A stretch of 64,000 bases of DNA, taken from Amoebophrya sp. A120 (lineage: Eukaryota > Protista > Dinoflagellata). The translations under genes and the position numbers were made by a program. Positions 23,901-35,900 of the stretch are shown here, piece by piece (position 1 is the stretch's first letter; each line of letters starts with the position of its first letter). The stretch covers positions 1,433,363 through 1,497,362 of the forward strand of contig CAJINV010000001.1 in assembly GCA_905178155.1 (NCBI GenBank), in the 5' to 3' direction. Under the pieces are notes generated by a model. The model did no database searches. It was not told the DNA's origin and saw nothing but the letters and a program-made list of their open reading frames with translations.

Positions 23901-26900
23901 TGCCTTCGTCTCACCAGTGTCAGGTGCTATTCTTGCTATGGTCCGCACAACCTTGCCGAAGACCAGTTTTGCAATATCAACAGTCGAATTTGTCATGCGC
24001 ATTGCCCTTCTGTGACAACGTACGGAAATCGACAAAAATTATTTGCATAAAAGCCTTGCGATTGTGCCTTTTTGGAAATGTCTCAAAGCAGTGATTACAC
24101 GCATGACAGATTGGCAATTTTGGTTGGGCATAGGAAAGGTTGTCTGGTTGCATAATGCTGTAAAAATAATCACTTCACGTCGTGAAATTGACCAGTGCTG
24201 CGACCTGATACGAAGAACAGAAAAAAGAAAAATCAAATGATTAGCTCAAGAGGCTGTTTCCTGTTTTTTTCTCTATGGTGCACTTCTTGAGATGCTTGTC
24301 CCAGGACTCGATTGCATTCTTGTGTTCGGCGATTTGCTGCGACGACCGCTTGTTGGACTTGCGGTTCCCGTACGCCTCCAAGAACCCCTCGTCGCCCGGA
24401 AGATCACTTGCGGATCTCGGCGAGACATGATCGAGCAAGTCCATCTGCGTCCCGTCCGCCTGCGATTGGGCTTCTTCATCCCCTGCTTTCCTCCGTCGCG
24501 GTCCGTCGGCCTTGATCCAGTCAGCAGCTAGCGCAGTTTCGAACACAGAATCCGGAACCGGAATAGCCTTGTTCTTGTTCGGCCCTGCACCGTCGTCGAT
24601 CCGCCGAGTCTCGAATTCATCTTTTTCCAGATCGAATTCCGCGACGACAAACGGCAGCAAATCGCTCACGACGTTTTTGGTGACGTCGCCACTCACGCCG
24701 CACTCCGGGCCGTACTTGACGTGGGTCGGGATGTAGGTGTCGCACCAGCCCAACCGGATGGTGTCGCTCACCAGACCTTGCTGATTGCGGTGCGACTTCA
24801 TGGTTGCGATTTCCTTTGGCAGCAGATCAGCGAGCGAAACCACCGAGTACTGGTACACCGACTGCAGCCGTTTTACCCCGTCCATCATGGTGCTGATGAC
24901 TCCCTTCGGACGACCGAGATGTTCTTGCGGTGCCAGAATACGCGGGTTTTTCTTCTTCTTCTTCTTCGCGAAGATTCCAGCACCACCAAGCTCTTCTTCA
25001 TCCACAGCAGTAGTCAGGGTGACGATCCGGGTCGCGAACTCGTGGTCAATCGGATCACGCGATATGAAGTTGGAAAACCCTGACCACACAAAAAACGCTC
25101 TATGAAATAAAAGTAGCATGACAAAGTAGACAAGTTTGCCACTGCATGAACATGTTCGGTATTTGTCATGCTAGAACTACGTACAACCACAGCAGAGCTT
25201 TATCATATAGCGTTTTTTCGTGGTCAGTGGTTTTTAGAGGAGATATCGTTTGCCATGCACTGGAAGAGGCACAACTTGTTCTCGCTGCTGAGCAAGTTCA
25301 GGTGCTTATCCTTGACGAACGGAAATTTGGTCTGGATTCCCTGCAGTAGCCCGAGCTGCAGCGCGTCGGGGATCGTCGGAAACATCAGCGGCATGTAGAT
25401 CGCGGGCGTGGACCACAAGTTCGAGGCTAAAAACACCTGCGTTGGCTCATCGCCAGTTTTCTGCCGGCGCACAACGCCCTCGTAGGTCCGCAACTGCGTG
25501 AACAAAAACGGCTTCTTCTTCTTCGGTTCCGTAGTAGTTGGAATGCGGAAAGTCATCGGTCCGAGCCGACTGAGCTCGACCGCCTGAACCCAGCCGCCCA
25601 TCCAGTTCGACAGGCGGTAGTGCGTAGCGGTTTCCTGGGGTTGATCGACGGGATGGGCGATAACCCAGGTCTCGACGTCCTTGATCTTCACCTCGATGTC
25701 GCGGTCCGCGCCGAATCGGTTACCCAACGCTTCGTAGCCGCGGATCTGGTCTTTACTGATGAAATCGCCGTTCATGATGACTTCGGCTTTCGCGGCGCGG
25801 AAGCCGTACTGGTGCGCAGCAACAGACGTGAATTGCTCGGAGATCGTGTGGTCCAGTATGGTCCGGACGAGTTTCGGAAGGGATTTGTACTGTTTCCAGG
25901 CGTTGTGCGCGGAAAATTTCAAATCCTTGAACGCCTTGGTCAGCTCGGTGCCGGAATCTTTGCCGAACGTGCGCTGCTGGGCGTTGTCGAATAGCAGGTG
26001 CGACAGGTCTGTGCCAGTGGGTGTACTTCCCTTGCGCTTCATCAGCAGCTTCAGCAGTGTGGATATTTCGCGGGGAGTAAGCAGCTCCAGCGCCTTCGGA
26101 TCGCCGACCCGCTCCGGTTCGTACATCCGGTTGTGCATGGCAGAATACGCGATCCTGTGCACCTGCTTGCTCGTCATCAGACCGTCTGCTTTCTGGCCTT
26201 TCCGCTGGGTCACTTTCATCTCGCGAAACTGACCTTCCTGCCAGAACTCGGTGATGGGGAGACAGCGGACCACGCGGATGGACCATCTGTTCAGCAGCTT
26301 CCGCGCGTGTTCTTCCGGCAAAGAAAATACCGCGAGTACGTTCGTTTTCGCCGACACGCCCAACTCGTAGATGCAGAGATCGCCTAGTTTCTCGGCTTGT
26401 TCCGGCGTGATTGTGGTGTGTCCGTAGCCGAAGGACTCGAAGAGGCCGAAGCTGGGATCTCCGACTTCGTAAAACCACTGGCTCACGCACCGCTGCATGC
26501 AGAACCACGCCGGCCCCTCGTGCAGCTTGGATTTGTGGTATGCAGAACAGAAATCGTCCACCAAATTGACGAACGTTCTGTTGCGGTTTTTACTGCGACT
26601 GCGCTGCACGATTTCGGTCGGAAGCGCAGTGTTCATCTTCGCGTCGGGATCGATGTACCTCTTGTAGGAGTTGTGCAGCTCCTTGGTCCTCAAATTCGGA
26701 TAGCACTTGCCACACTTCTCCAAGTGCAGGAGCAAGGTGTAGTACGTGAAATGGCCGCGGACGACGTCCTGGTGGACGCCGAACAAGTAGTAGTTCAACT
26801 CCTTCAACTCCTTGTACATTTCCGGATGGTATCCGAGCCAGCCTTCCTTCTGCAGCTTCTTCCGCAGCGCGACGTCGGGTTGGATGAAGATGGGTTCATT

Positions 26901-29900
26901 ATTCTCCACGAGAATAGCGTCAGTGCGCTTCTTGGTGAGGTTCCGTAGAATGCAGGTGAAACTGTGCATGACAAATCATCTGAAGATCTACCTGAAATCA
27001 TAAATCAAAGCAACCACTTTTGTCATGCAGAAACAACACTCTTCAGATGATTCCATATGCACGATTTCACCTGCATAATGCGGCCTTTAACCTTCTCACG
27101 ATCCGCCAGCGCGCAGATGATAAACCGGGTGAGCCAGTACGATACCTGCATCGTGTCGCACCACAACCACATACCGAAGAACCGCGACGCCGCGCAGTGG
27201 AAGGTGCTATAGCCTGGTATTATGTGATTTTATCATATAAAAACGATGCAATTCTGTAACCTCAGATGAGGGCCTCCGGAGGGGGGCCTAGACCCCCCCC
27301 CTATAACCCCCCTCTATAGAACGCCTTCATTTTTCTTCGCCGCGTGGTATGATGGACTCAGGAGGGGTACCGAGACCCCCCCCCTATAGGGTCGCCTATA
27401 CCCCGTCATAATGCTTCATAATAATTGTTCCATTTCGCCTATTCTGAAAATAACAAAAAGGTGCAACAATACGTGTCGCAAGCGCCGACTTCACCGTGGA
27501 AGAATTCTGCTCTTTCAGCAGCTCCTTCCGGTATTTTCGCTTCAACGACGCCGGCTTATCCTTCACCTCCTCCTCCACGAGTTCGTCCTTTGCGAGAAAA
27601 AACTCGCCTTGGTTGTTTCCCTTGTTACGCGGACCAGTGGCCCAGTGGTCGAGCATGTCTTTGGCGGTGACAAGTCCCGGAACGCAGTTTTTGCAGTTGT
27701 TGGAGTGGCGATGCAACGGCCCAAAGTGGGTCGTTCCCGGCAGGAACAGCTCCTGACTTTGACCTGCACGAGAACCGTCTCCGCCTTGGTCGCTCATGGT
27801 GTGAAACTCCAGCAAGGGCTTCGTCGTTTTGTCGAAGTTTATCAACCACTCCGTATCCATGTCGCGCCAGCTCCTCTCCTTCGGCACAAACCGGGCCTGC
27901 AGCGCGGCATACCCGAACTGGGTAAAGAGTATACAGTGCCAAGATGACCACTTATTTGCTATTTTTGTGCTGCGTAGTTCCATGCAGAGTAATATTATTC
28001 ACGATGGTGTTGTAGAGGACAAAAATAGCAAAAAGTGGTCACTTTTGCATTCGATATTCCACTGGTCGAGGTAGAGGTGTCCGATGTACTGGGATTTCTT
28101 GTTCGGCGCCTTCGACGTCAGCTGCGCCAAGCCGCCAGTCTGTATTGCGTTCGGCTGCAGAATCTGCGACAAGAATCCCGGCTTCTTCGGCGGAATACCG
28201 TGCTCCGGATTCTTCGGATCCACATCGGAATAGTAAATGAACTGGTTATTTGATGTTTTATATGATTGTATTCCCATGCAGCATAAGATTATGCGCGACG
28301 GTATGACGCTACTTGATCAACAGCAAGTATGCACATCTTCATGCACGTGATAGCATGGCGGATAACTTTACTCACGGTGGAAAATCTATAGGTACCGCTG
28401 ATCCCCACGCACCCTGTGATCGCACCGTGGACGAATCCGCCAGCAGACAAACAGGACCTTCTCTTGCACCACAGTCGACGCGAAAAACTTCCCGAATCAA
28501 TTTGTATTCCGGATCGTTCTCGTCTTGGGCGGCAAATGCGCGGTTCAGGATGACGAATTCGCCGTAGCGGCGCAGCGCAGCACACTGTTTTTTGATATCG
28601 ATTGCTCCATGCAGAATAGCATTATACTGCATGGCACTATATGCGTGCTTCTTATCATCATCGTGCCATGCGGGATAATATCATGCACGGTGGAGCTGTT
28701 GCGTTTACTGGTATCCACAAATACTGCCGTCGTGGATAATCTTATGCTGCGTGGTATGATCGATATCAAAAAGCAGGAAAAACACCTGTGCTCGCTTGCT
28801 GTTGTCGTCGGCGCCGGGTCGGCCCAGCAGCTGTATTGCCTTGCGTCGGATGTGCTCCACGGACAGCCAAAGGTTCAGAACGTCCAGGTCCGCCAGCTCG
28901 TCGCGGAAGTTGCAATTCCCGAACTTGGCGTAGACCACTTGCTTCGACTGCGTCAAGCGGTGCCACAGGTAAATGAATGCCTTGTAGTATTCGTGCATTA
29001 GTATTTGTTATGCAGCAGTAGTGTCATGCGGAATAACATTATACTGCATGGCATCATGGCTCCAAAATTCCACATACCAGATCCCATTCGTCGCCTGTCA
29101 TCTGCGGGCACCACGTGATCTTCCCGTGCTTCCACAGATCCCTCGGAGCCGTCACTTTCAACCAGAAGTCGTATCCTCCGGGTGACGGAGCAAGACTCTT
29201 CGTCTTGTACTGCGGACGGCCCGTGTGCGGGCAGCGGATGGGAACGTCCCATCTGGTCGCCCGCGACTTCCGTTTCTTCTTCGGCGAAATGACGACGGAC
29301 GCGGCGGAATCATCGCTCGAAGACACGTCTTCGACGCCGAGCAATTCTTCGAGAAGCCAGTGATCCTTCTTCATCTTGATTGGCGGGTCCAAATGCAGGC
29401 TGACGTAGTAATCCACCGGAATAATCCGCTGACCCTCCTTGTCAGCGGGCGGCTCATCGGGATCCAGCTGCAGCCGCGCAGGCGGCAGCTTTGGCGGAAG
29501 CATCATCGCGTGATGCTACTTTATCTCATCTCTCAGTAGTATCAATCAGCACAAGACTACGGGCGTAGATGGAGGCAGATATATGATGAGGACCTGGAAG
29601 GTTGGTTATCAAGACGTCGCTACTGCACATCTCTCACGGCCCCTGCGACAGCGACCACTTGTACGACCCAAATTGCACATCCACATTGACCGACACATTC
29701 TTCACCCAGAAACCGAGCAATCACATCAAGGCGCACCACAGACGCATCAACACTGCCTTTCGCAGCTTCAGGTACTTCAATTTTTGATTAACATCACGTC
29801 AGAATAGTGAATTCAATATGCGGCTCAGCTGTTGCGAAGTCTTGTGCATTGTCATCACGTATTCTGTCTCACAGGAGGTTCGTGCGCTTCGCATAAAAAC

Positions 29901-32900
29901 ATAATTTTTTGTCACAAAGACAGCCACGGCGCGCGTAACTGCCTTCGTAACGAATGCGGTGGTGTTGGGTAGTCTACTATTTTCATTTTTTAATGTAAAA
30001 GTAAAATTAATTTTTTACAATATATCTGTGCAGTTATTGATAAAACTGCCACCATCGGCACCGAGATTGATGGTGGCTCAAAATATAATTTGATATTATC
30101 AAAATATCATTTTTTCATTTGTAAAAACAACATAATGCGAGACCACCAGCTATATAGAGACTTGAAACGACATCAAGTATGGCAAGGAAAACACAGCCTC
30201 ACACGTAGCAGCTCTTCAACGACGACGTGCTTTGTGATACATATTTGCATACCTAGTTTCTAGGTCGTATTGGTGCAGTGTGAGGCTATGTTTTCTCACA
30301 TGATACTCTGGTGGTCCCACAGAAACATAGAACCAGGACGCACTGTCCTGGAACAGAAGATCGAGCCGAAGTGTCAGTCACCTACGGCAAGGCCTTTTTC
30401 ATCATTTTCTTCATGGCCTTCGACGAAGAAGACGGGACCTGCGAGTGCGACGCGCGGGACTCACGCTTCATCGCGGTCTTCATCTTCCCCTTCAACGCCT
30501 TCTCCGCGTTCTTGATGTCCAGCGCGTCCTCCTTGGACTGCTCCTTCGACAACTTGGCGATCTCGGCCATGATGCGCTTGTTCTCCTTGGTCTTCTGGAT
30601 CGCCTGTTTCTGCTGGCGCGGAGAGGCCATGAAGTCGTCGATCGCCTTCTGGTCCTTGGGGCCCAAGATGGCCTCCAGCGCGTCCTGCATCTTCTCCTGC
30701 GGGGTCTTCGCCATGGGGTCGGCACCCTCGTGGATCGAAATGCGCGCTGCAATATGCTATGCAAAAGTGTCAGTTTCATATGGAAAATTCGATATTCAGC
30801 ATGACAGACAAGAACGCGGCTTCTAGGCATAACATGCGCGTCGCTATCGCGACACAAATACCACAACGTGCGCAGTTTCAGCACGTCGTATTTCATGTAA
30901 ACACGTGTTGCGCGTGGTCACATACGAGCCTATTTGAAGATACCGAATCTGCATACACAACTAGCACACGAACGAGTACACTTTGACCGAATTTTCCACA
31001 TGAAGCTGACACTTTTCACAACGCGTAGTGCTTGCCCTCGTTGTCCAGGAAGTCCAGCTTCAGGGGGACCGGCGCGACGGACGCCTGCATCTCCTCCAGG
31101 CGGGTCTTGGCCTTACCGACGGAGGCCTTCTGTTCCTTGATCGCGGAGGCCACCTTGTCGTCGGCGGCCTTGAAGGCGGTGGGGTTCACGCCCTGGGACA
31201 TGGTCTGCGAGTTGGTGGTCGGCTGGGACGCGGAGGTGACGACCGGCTGCATGAGCATCTGTGTTGGATGTTCAATCACAAATTCGGATTTGGTGGTGAC
31301 AATACGAAAGATGAAAACCGATTTTTTTCTTTACGACAGCATCAACTCCAACTACAACATCTCCGCTTGGAAAGCCGACTTATTTCTGTTCTACGATAGC
31401 AACTACATTACCTGTCCGTTGGGTCCGGGGGTCATCTGAAAGACCATCTGCTGGGACTGCTGCATGCCCATGTTCTGCGAACCGAGCGGGGTCATCCCGA
31501 CAGCGGGGGTCATGCCGATACCGGGGGTCATGCCCATACCCTGGGTCATCGCGGGGGTGGTACCCATGCAGGACTGCATCGACTGGGCCTGGGCGACCTG
31601 CGCGTTGGCCACGTTGGTGGCACCGTTCTTCGCGGAATTGGCCAAGTCGATCTCATCGGGGGTCGGGCAGCGGGTGACGGCCAAAACCCACTGGGGCGAC
31701 TTGCCGCACTTCGACAGGGCCAAGGCGGTGGTCTGCAGGTTGCGGAACCGGGCAACCGGACACTTCTCGATCAGCTGTTGTTGGTGTCGAGGAGGATAAT
31801 GTTGTTCATCAAAGTTAGCAATACGATATCCACGTGCAAACTCTATGTGGGAATACAGGATTTACAGCGCCATATGTGTCATGCGTATTTGTACTATGAA
31901 AAAGCATGACGCAAACACAAACTTGTAATGCATGTATACCAGGTGGGGCGGCACACGCATCTCGATGAGCAGCCATTTCCACTGGATCTCGTGGTAAATC
32001 CACCGGCACACCCACATAGCAGATTTCCGGCACAAAGTACTCAACAAGATCTGGCAGATTTCCAAGGGCAACTCACCATAGCCTGAAGGTGTTTTTGAGG
32101 AGAAAATTATATGAGATGATAATCATGTGGGGAAAATTCACAAGCACAAAAAATCTCTCACTCTCACTCAGCAAAGGTGTGATGGAAAACATGCATATTC
32201 TATACGGCATGGCACATGCCCCAAGTCCTCCATCGAAACAATTCCTGCATGCAACACAAGGTGTGTAAGCCAACGTCTACACTTACGTTGGAGAGAGCCG
32301 GGAAACGCTTGGCGCGACAGCTGATTCATCATGACAAACCCGTGCTCCTGAGCACTCAGCTCCTCCTCCAGATCTTCCATCACAGCTTTGTGCAACGCAA
32401 TGTCTGCGGTACTCATTTTTCCGACCTGGGCCTTGATAAATTCAAGGGCTGACTGAGGCTGCTTCTTCGGCGGCATTATGTGTTTGTTTGTCAAGCTGTC
32501 AGCGTATAGCCGATGCTGAAAAAAAACTGCTCTCTCACGTGAATTTCCCCTACGGTTTTTCATTGAGTGGCCAATTGAAAAGAAGGTTGGATGAAAACAT
32601 GTGCTATGCGCTATGGTGATGAAATTTCGAAGACGTAAGAAGACACAACTACTTGACACGGAAAGCAACTCAATCGCCCGGGGATCTCACACGCAACTCA
32701 AACTTGGAAAGCGGAAGTACAACATTGACTTACGGGGATCTATTTTGTGGAGGCAAAGTACGGAGGAGATGCTGCAATACGGAAACAGATCAGGTAGTTC
32801 GTTTTCTTTCTCGACTTCACTAGAACAGACAAATCAGAAAAACATTTTAGAATTTGGTGTTGACAACATTTGAGAATTCTTGTTCGTAATGCAATGCAAA

Positions 32901-35900
32901 ACAATATTAAGGCTTGCACACGTCTGAATTCAATTTCTAGTCAGGCACTTATCCGTTCCACACATATTTTTCACACAAACTCATGTCCACAACACTTCAA
33001 CATCATTCGCTCCTCAGGTCCACTCCCGTCGTCCCACCTTCGGCTGGTCCATAGGCTACGGCGTCGCCAGGGTTTAGCGTTATGAGACGCATCCGTGACA
33101 GCATTCAGGCTAGCTAGTTCATCGTGCTAATAGCACCGTAAATACAATGCAAACAAGTAGCTATTTTTAATAGCTAGCGAATGATTTTGAAAATAGCTAG
33201 CTACTCGACAGTTATTCTCGTTATAATGCTGTGAATGATGCGAAAATGGAACGAATTCCTCACGACTCACGTTGATCTGGAACGCGGGATAGCCGTTCTT
33301 GGCTTTGTTCCAAAAACTCACGCTGAGACGAGGAAAGATATTACTTAAGTACCCCATGTACCGCATTTGAAAAAAAACACACACAGGACGGCTGGAACAT
33401 AATGGATTGGGCAAACCTGATACTGCTCATCGTGTACGCGATCATGCGCGTCCTGGCATTCAGCACCGCGGGCGGGTCGGTGAGCACGGACATCGCCAAT
33501 CAGGCGATGCTGTTCGACTTGACCAAAATAGCCTACTATATCAAGGAGATGCGGAGTTGGAACGCCTACAACGCCGTCTTGATTTGGGTGAAAACGGTGA
33601 AGTATGTTACCTTCATCCCCTACGTGACCATCATGATGCACACACTGAAGTACAGCTGGAAGTTCTTCATCTCCTTCGCCGTCATCTTCTTGTCGATCTT
33701 CCTCGGCTTCTCTGTGGGCTTTGTCGGAGGGTATAGTTTAGATAGGGGATCGATTGTTTCTTTTATTCTTTGCCTTGAACTACAATTGGAATAAGTTTGC
33801 TGACAAGAAGTTCTTCATCTTCGTTGTACATACTAGGTGCAAGGCATATCTAAAAAAAAATAATCCCTCGTCGGCATTTGTCGACAGAAACATCATGCTT
33901 CTAAGAAGATGAAATGCAGCTCTTGTCTTCTTCTGAGCCGCCTCCATCTTGGTAGCCCGTTGTTCTTCACGATGGAACCTTCTTAGCATGTTGTTTTTGT
34001 ACTAAAAAAATCTGCAAACGAACCAGGTTCGGCGACAAATTCGAAAAAGTGAACACGTTTGGGAAGGCCTCTTTGTTTCTCCTGCAGTCATTATGAGAAC
34101 GCACAACTTCTCCCCCTCTCCGCCGCGGCCCTCATCTGTCATGCAAAAACCCAATATACGTATTCACCCTTTTCCCCTTATGTCGCAGTTTGCATGACAG
34201 GTTTCTTCCGGGAGCCCAAACAGCGCTACAATCCTGAGTTGCGATTTGTCATGTATGAATATAACAGGAATCTCAACTGCACTCTTAGATCTCAACGTTG
34301 AGACCTCACAGCTCAACGTTGAGAAATATATCTCAACGGCCGGCTCACGAAATCGATGCCGCCTGCTCCACTAGGGTTTCGGGTTTAGGGCTTGGGGTTT
34401 AGGGTCGTCGGGCAGGGCAGCCGCCGCCGGCCGGCCGGCCGGCGGCGGCTGCCCTGCCCGACGATTCTCTTCTTCTGCCCTTGTGCAGTGCCTTCCCGGC
34501 GCGCGTGCTCCCGTTGCGCCTTGTGCTTTTCTAATTGTGTGGCCTTCGTTTCCCGCCCGGTCTGTTGCTCTGGTTTTTCCATGGGGCTGCAGTCTTTTGC
34601 GCCGGTGAGTTCTTGGGCGTGTTTTTCGTTGAGACCAGTCGTTGAGCTCATCGGAAAGTCGTTGAGGCCTATCAGGCCGTTGAGATGCACTTGTTGAGAT
34701 GAAACCGTTGAGATTCCTGTATAACAACCAATATAAAACCTGCACAACTTCGCTTGCCCATGCTTCTCTTGCTGCTCATGCGTAGCGTATGCACCATTAC
34801 AAATGGCTTCGGTTCAAATCAGATTATCAAAATGAAATCAGATTATTACAATCAGGCTAGTTGTGCAATCAAGTTACTGAATTCAGAATATCACTGAAAT
34901 CAGGGGTCTGGGTAGGGTTTGGGGTCTAGGGTTTGGGGTTTCTGGTCGTCGGCCAGGGCAGCCGCCGCCGGCCGGCCGGCCGGCCGGCGGCGGCTGCCCT
35001 GGCCGACGACGCTGTCTTCTCGTTGTTGCGCCAATGCGCCCCGGCGCCTCGCCCGCCCTTCTGCTTGTGCTCTTGCCCCGTCGGGGGTCTCGCTGACGGA
35101 CCCCGCCGGACAGCTCCTTGGTCGGCTGGGCGCGTCACTGATTCCGGCGGACCGTTAGGGCCGCCCGGCGTGCGTTCGTTCAGGTTGGTGTAGACACTTC
35201 GCTTCCTTCCTAAGTTGTTTCGCTTCTAGTTGAGTCAACTTCAACAAATCTGATCTCACAAAAAATCTGATTTCAGTAACCTGATTGCATTTCGTAATCT
35301 GATTCCACAATTTACGCAATCTGATACGACCAGCGTCCATTACAAATGAGGGGGAGCAGCAGGAGGGGTAGTTGTGCGCTCTCATACTCGTTCGTCGGCT
35401 CTGCTTCCTTCGGGGAGATGTACAAGCTGTCACCGATTTTGGCGGGCGTTTTGATCGGGATGTTCATCATTTATCCTGAGTGAAAACGTCCCCACACCAG
35501 AGTCAAGATGGGGAATCTGCTAGACAAATCAGCCAGCTTTGGTTGTTTTGCATGGCAGGTTTGTCCTTGTATTGTAGTGTTGTTTATTGAGGTAGTTCAG
35601 CAGCATCACAGATCTAGTGCATCATGCTGATTGAAGAGTGACAAACTCTAAAACACGATACGAGCAAAATGCTTCTCATGGGGCTCCGCATGAGAAACTG
35701 AAACACTTTCAGCATCATGCAGATCTGCGTTACAACTATGGGGTGGGTGCCACGTTTTTAAATATGATATCATTTTGATTTTCTTCATCCTGCTCAACTT
35801 GTTTATGGCGATCATGGTAGTCGTATCAACTGCAAAAATGTCTGGGTCTAGAAGAGTGCAAGTTTGTCATGCTTGTCTGGCATGACTCTCAAATCTGTGT

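Larger units (their letters stand above)
21467..33225. mobile_element. 11.8-kb TIR DNA transposon with TAT...ATA ends and 5-bp TSD, carrying three genes
   Basis: TSD ATGCT at 21462-21466 and 33226-33230; outer TIR TATAAC.AGAATAACTGTCGAGTAGCTA; inner 30-bp IR at 21586-21615 and 33077-33106 (1 mismatch); PKD2 exons join in frame across it. Confidence 0.9.
34092..35386. mobile_element. Introner, family H, expanded by two nested inserts
   Basis: TATGAGA.CGCACAACT TIR; TSD GTCAT/CTCGT; removal gives LLQSFVG in the PKD2 pore region. Confidence 0.85.

Noticed and set aside
21586-33106. Inner 30-bp IR as the ends of a separate nested element
   Set aside because: Only a 2-bp AG match flanks it and inverted similarity continues outward to the ATGCT TSD; not fully excluded
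21467-33225. Polinton/Maverick or endogenous virus identity
   Set aside because: No recognisable pPolB, retroviral-type integrase, packaging ATPase or capsid; TSD is 5 bp with TAT..ATA ends rather than 6 bp with AG..CT
34371-34404. True telomere
   Set aside because: Only a few degenerate units, internal to an intron
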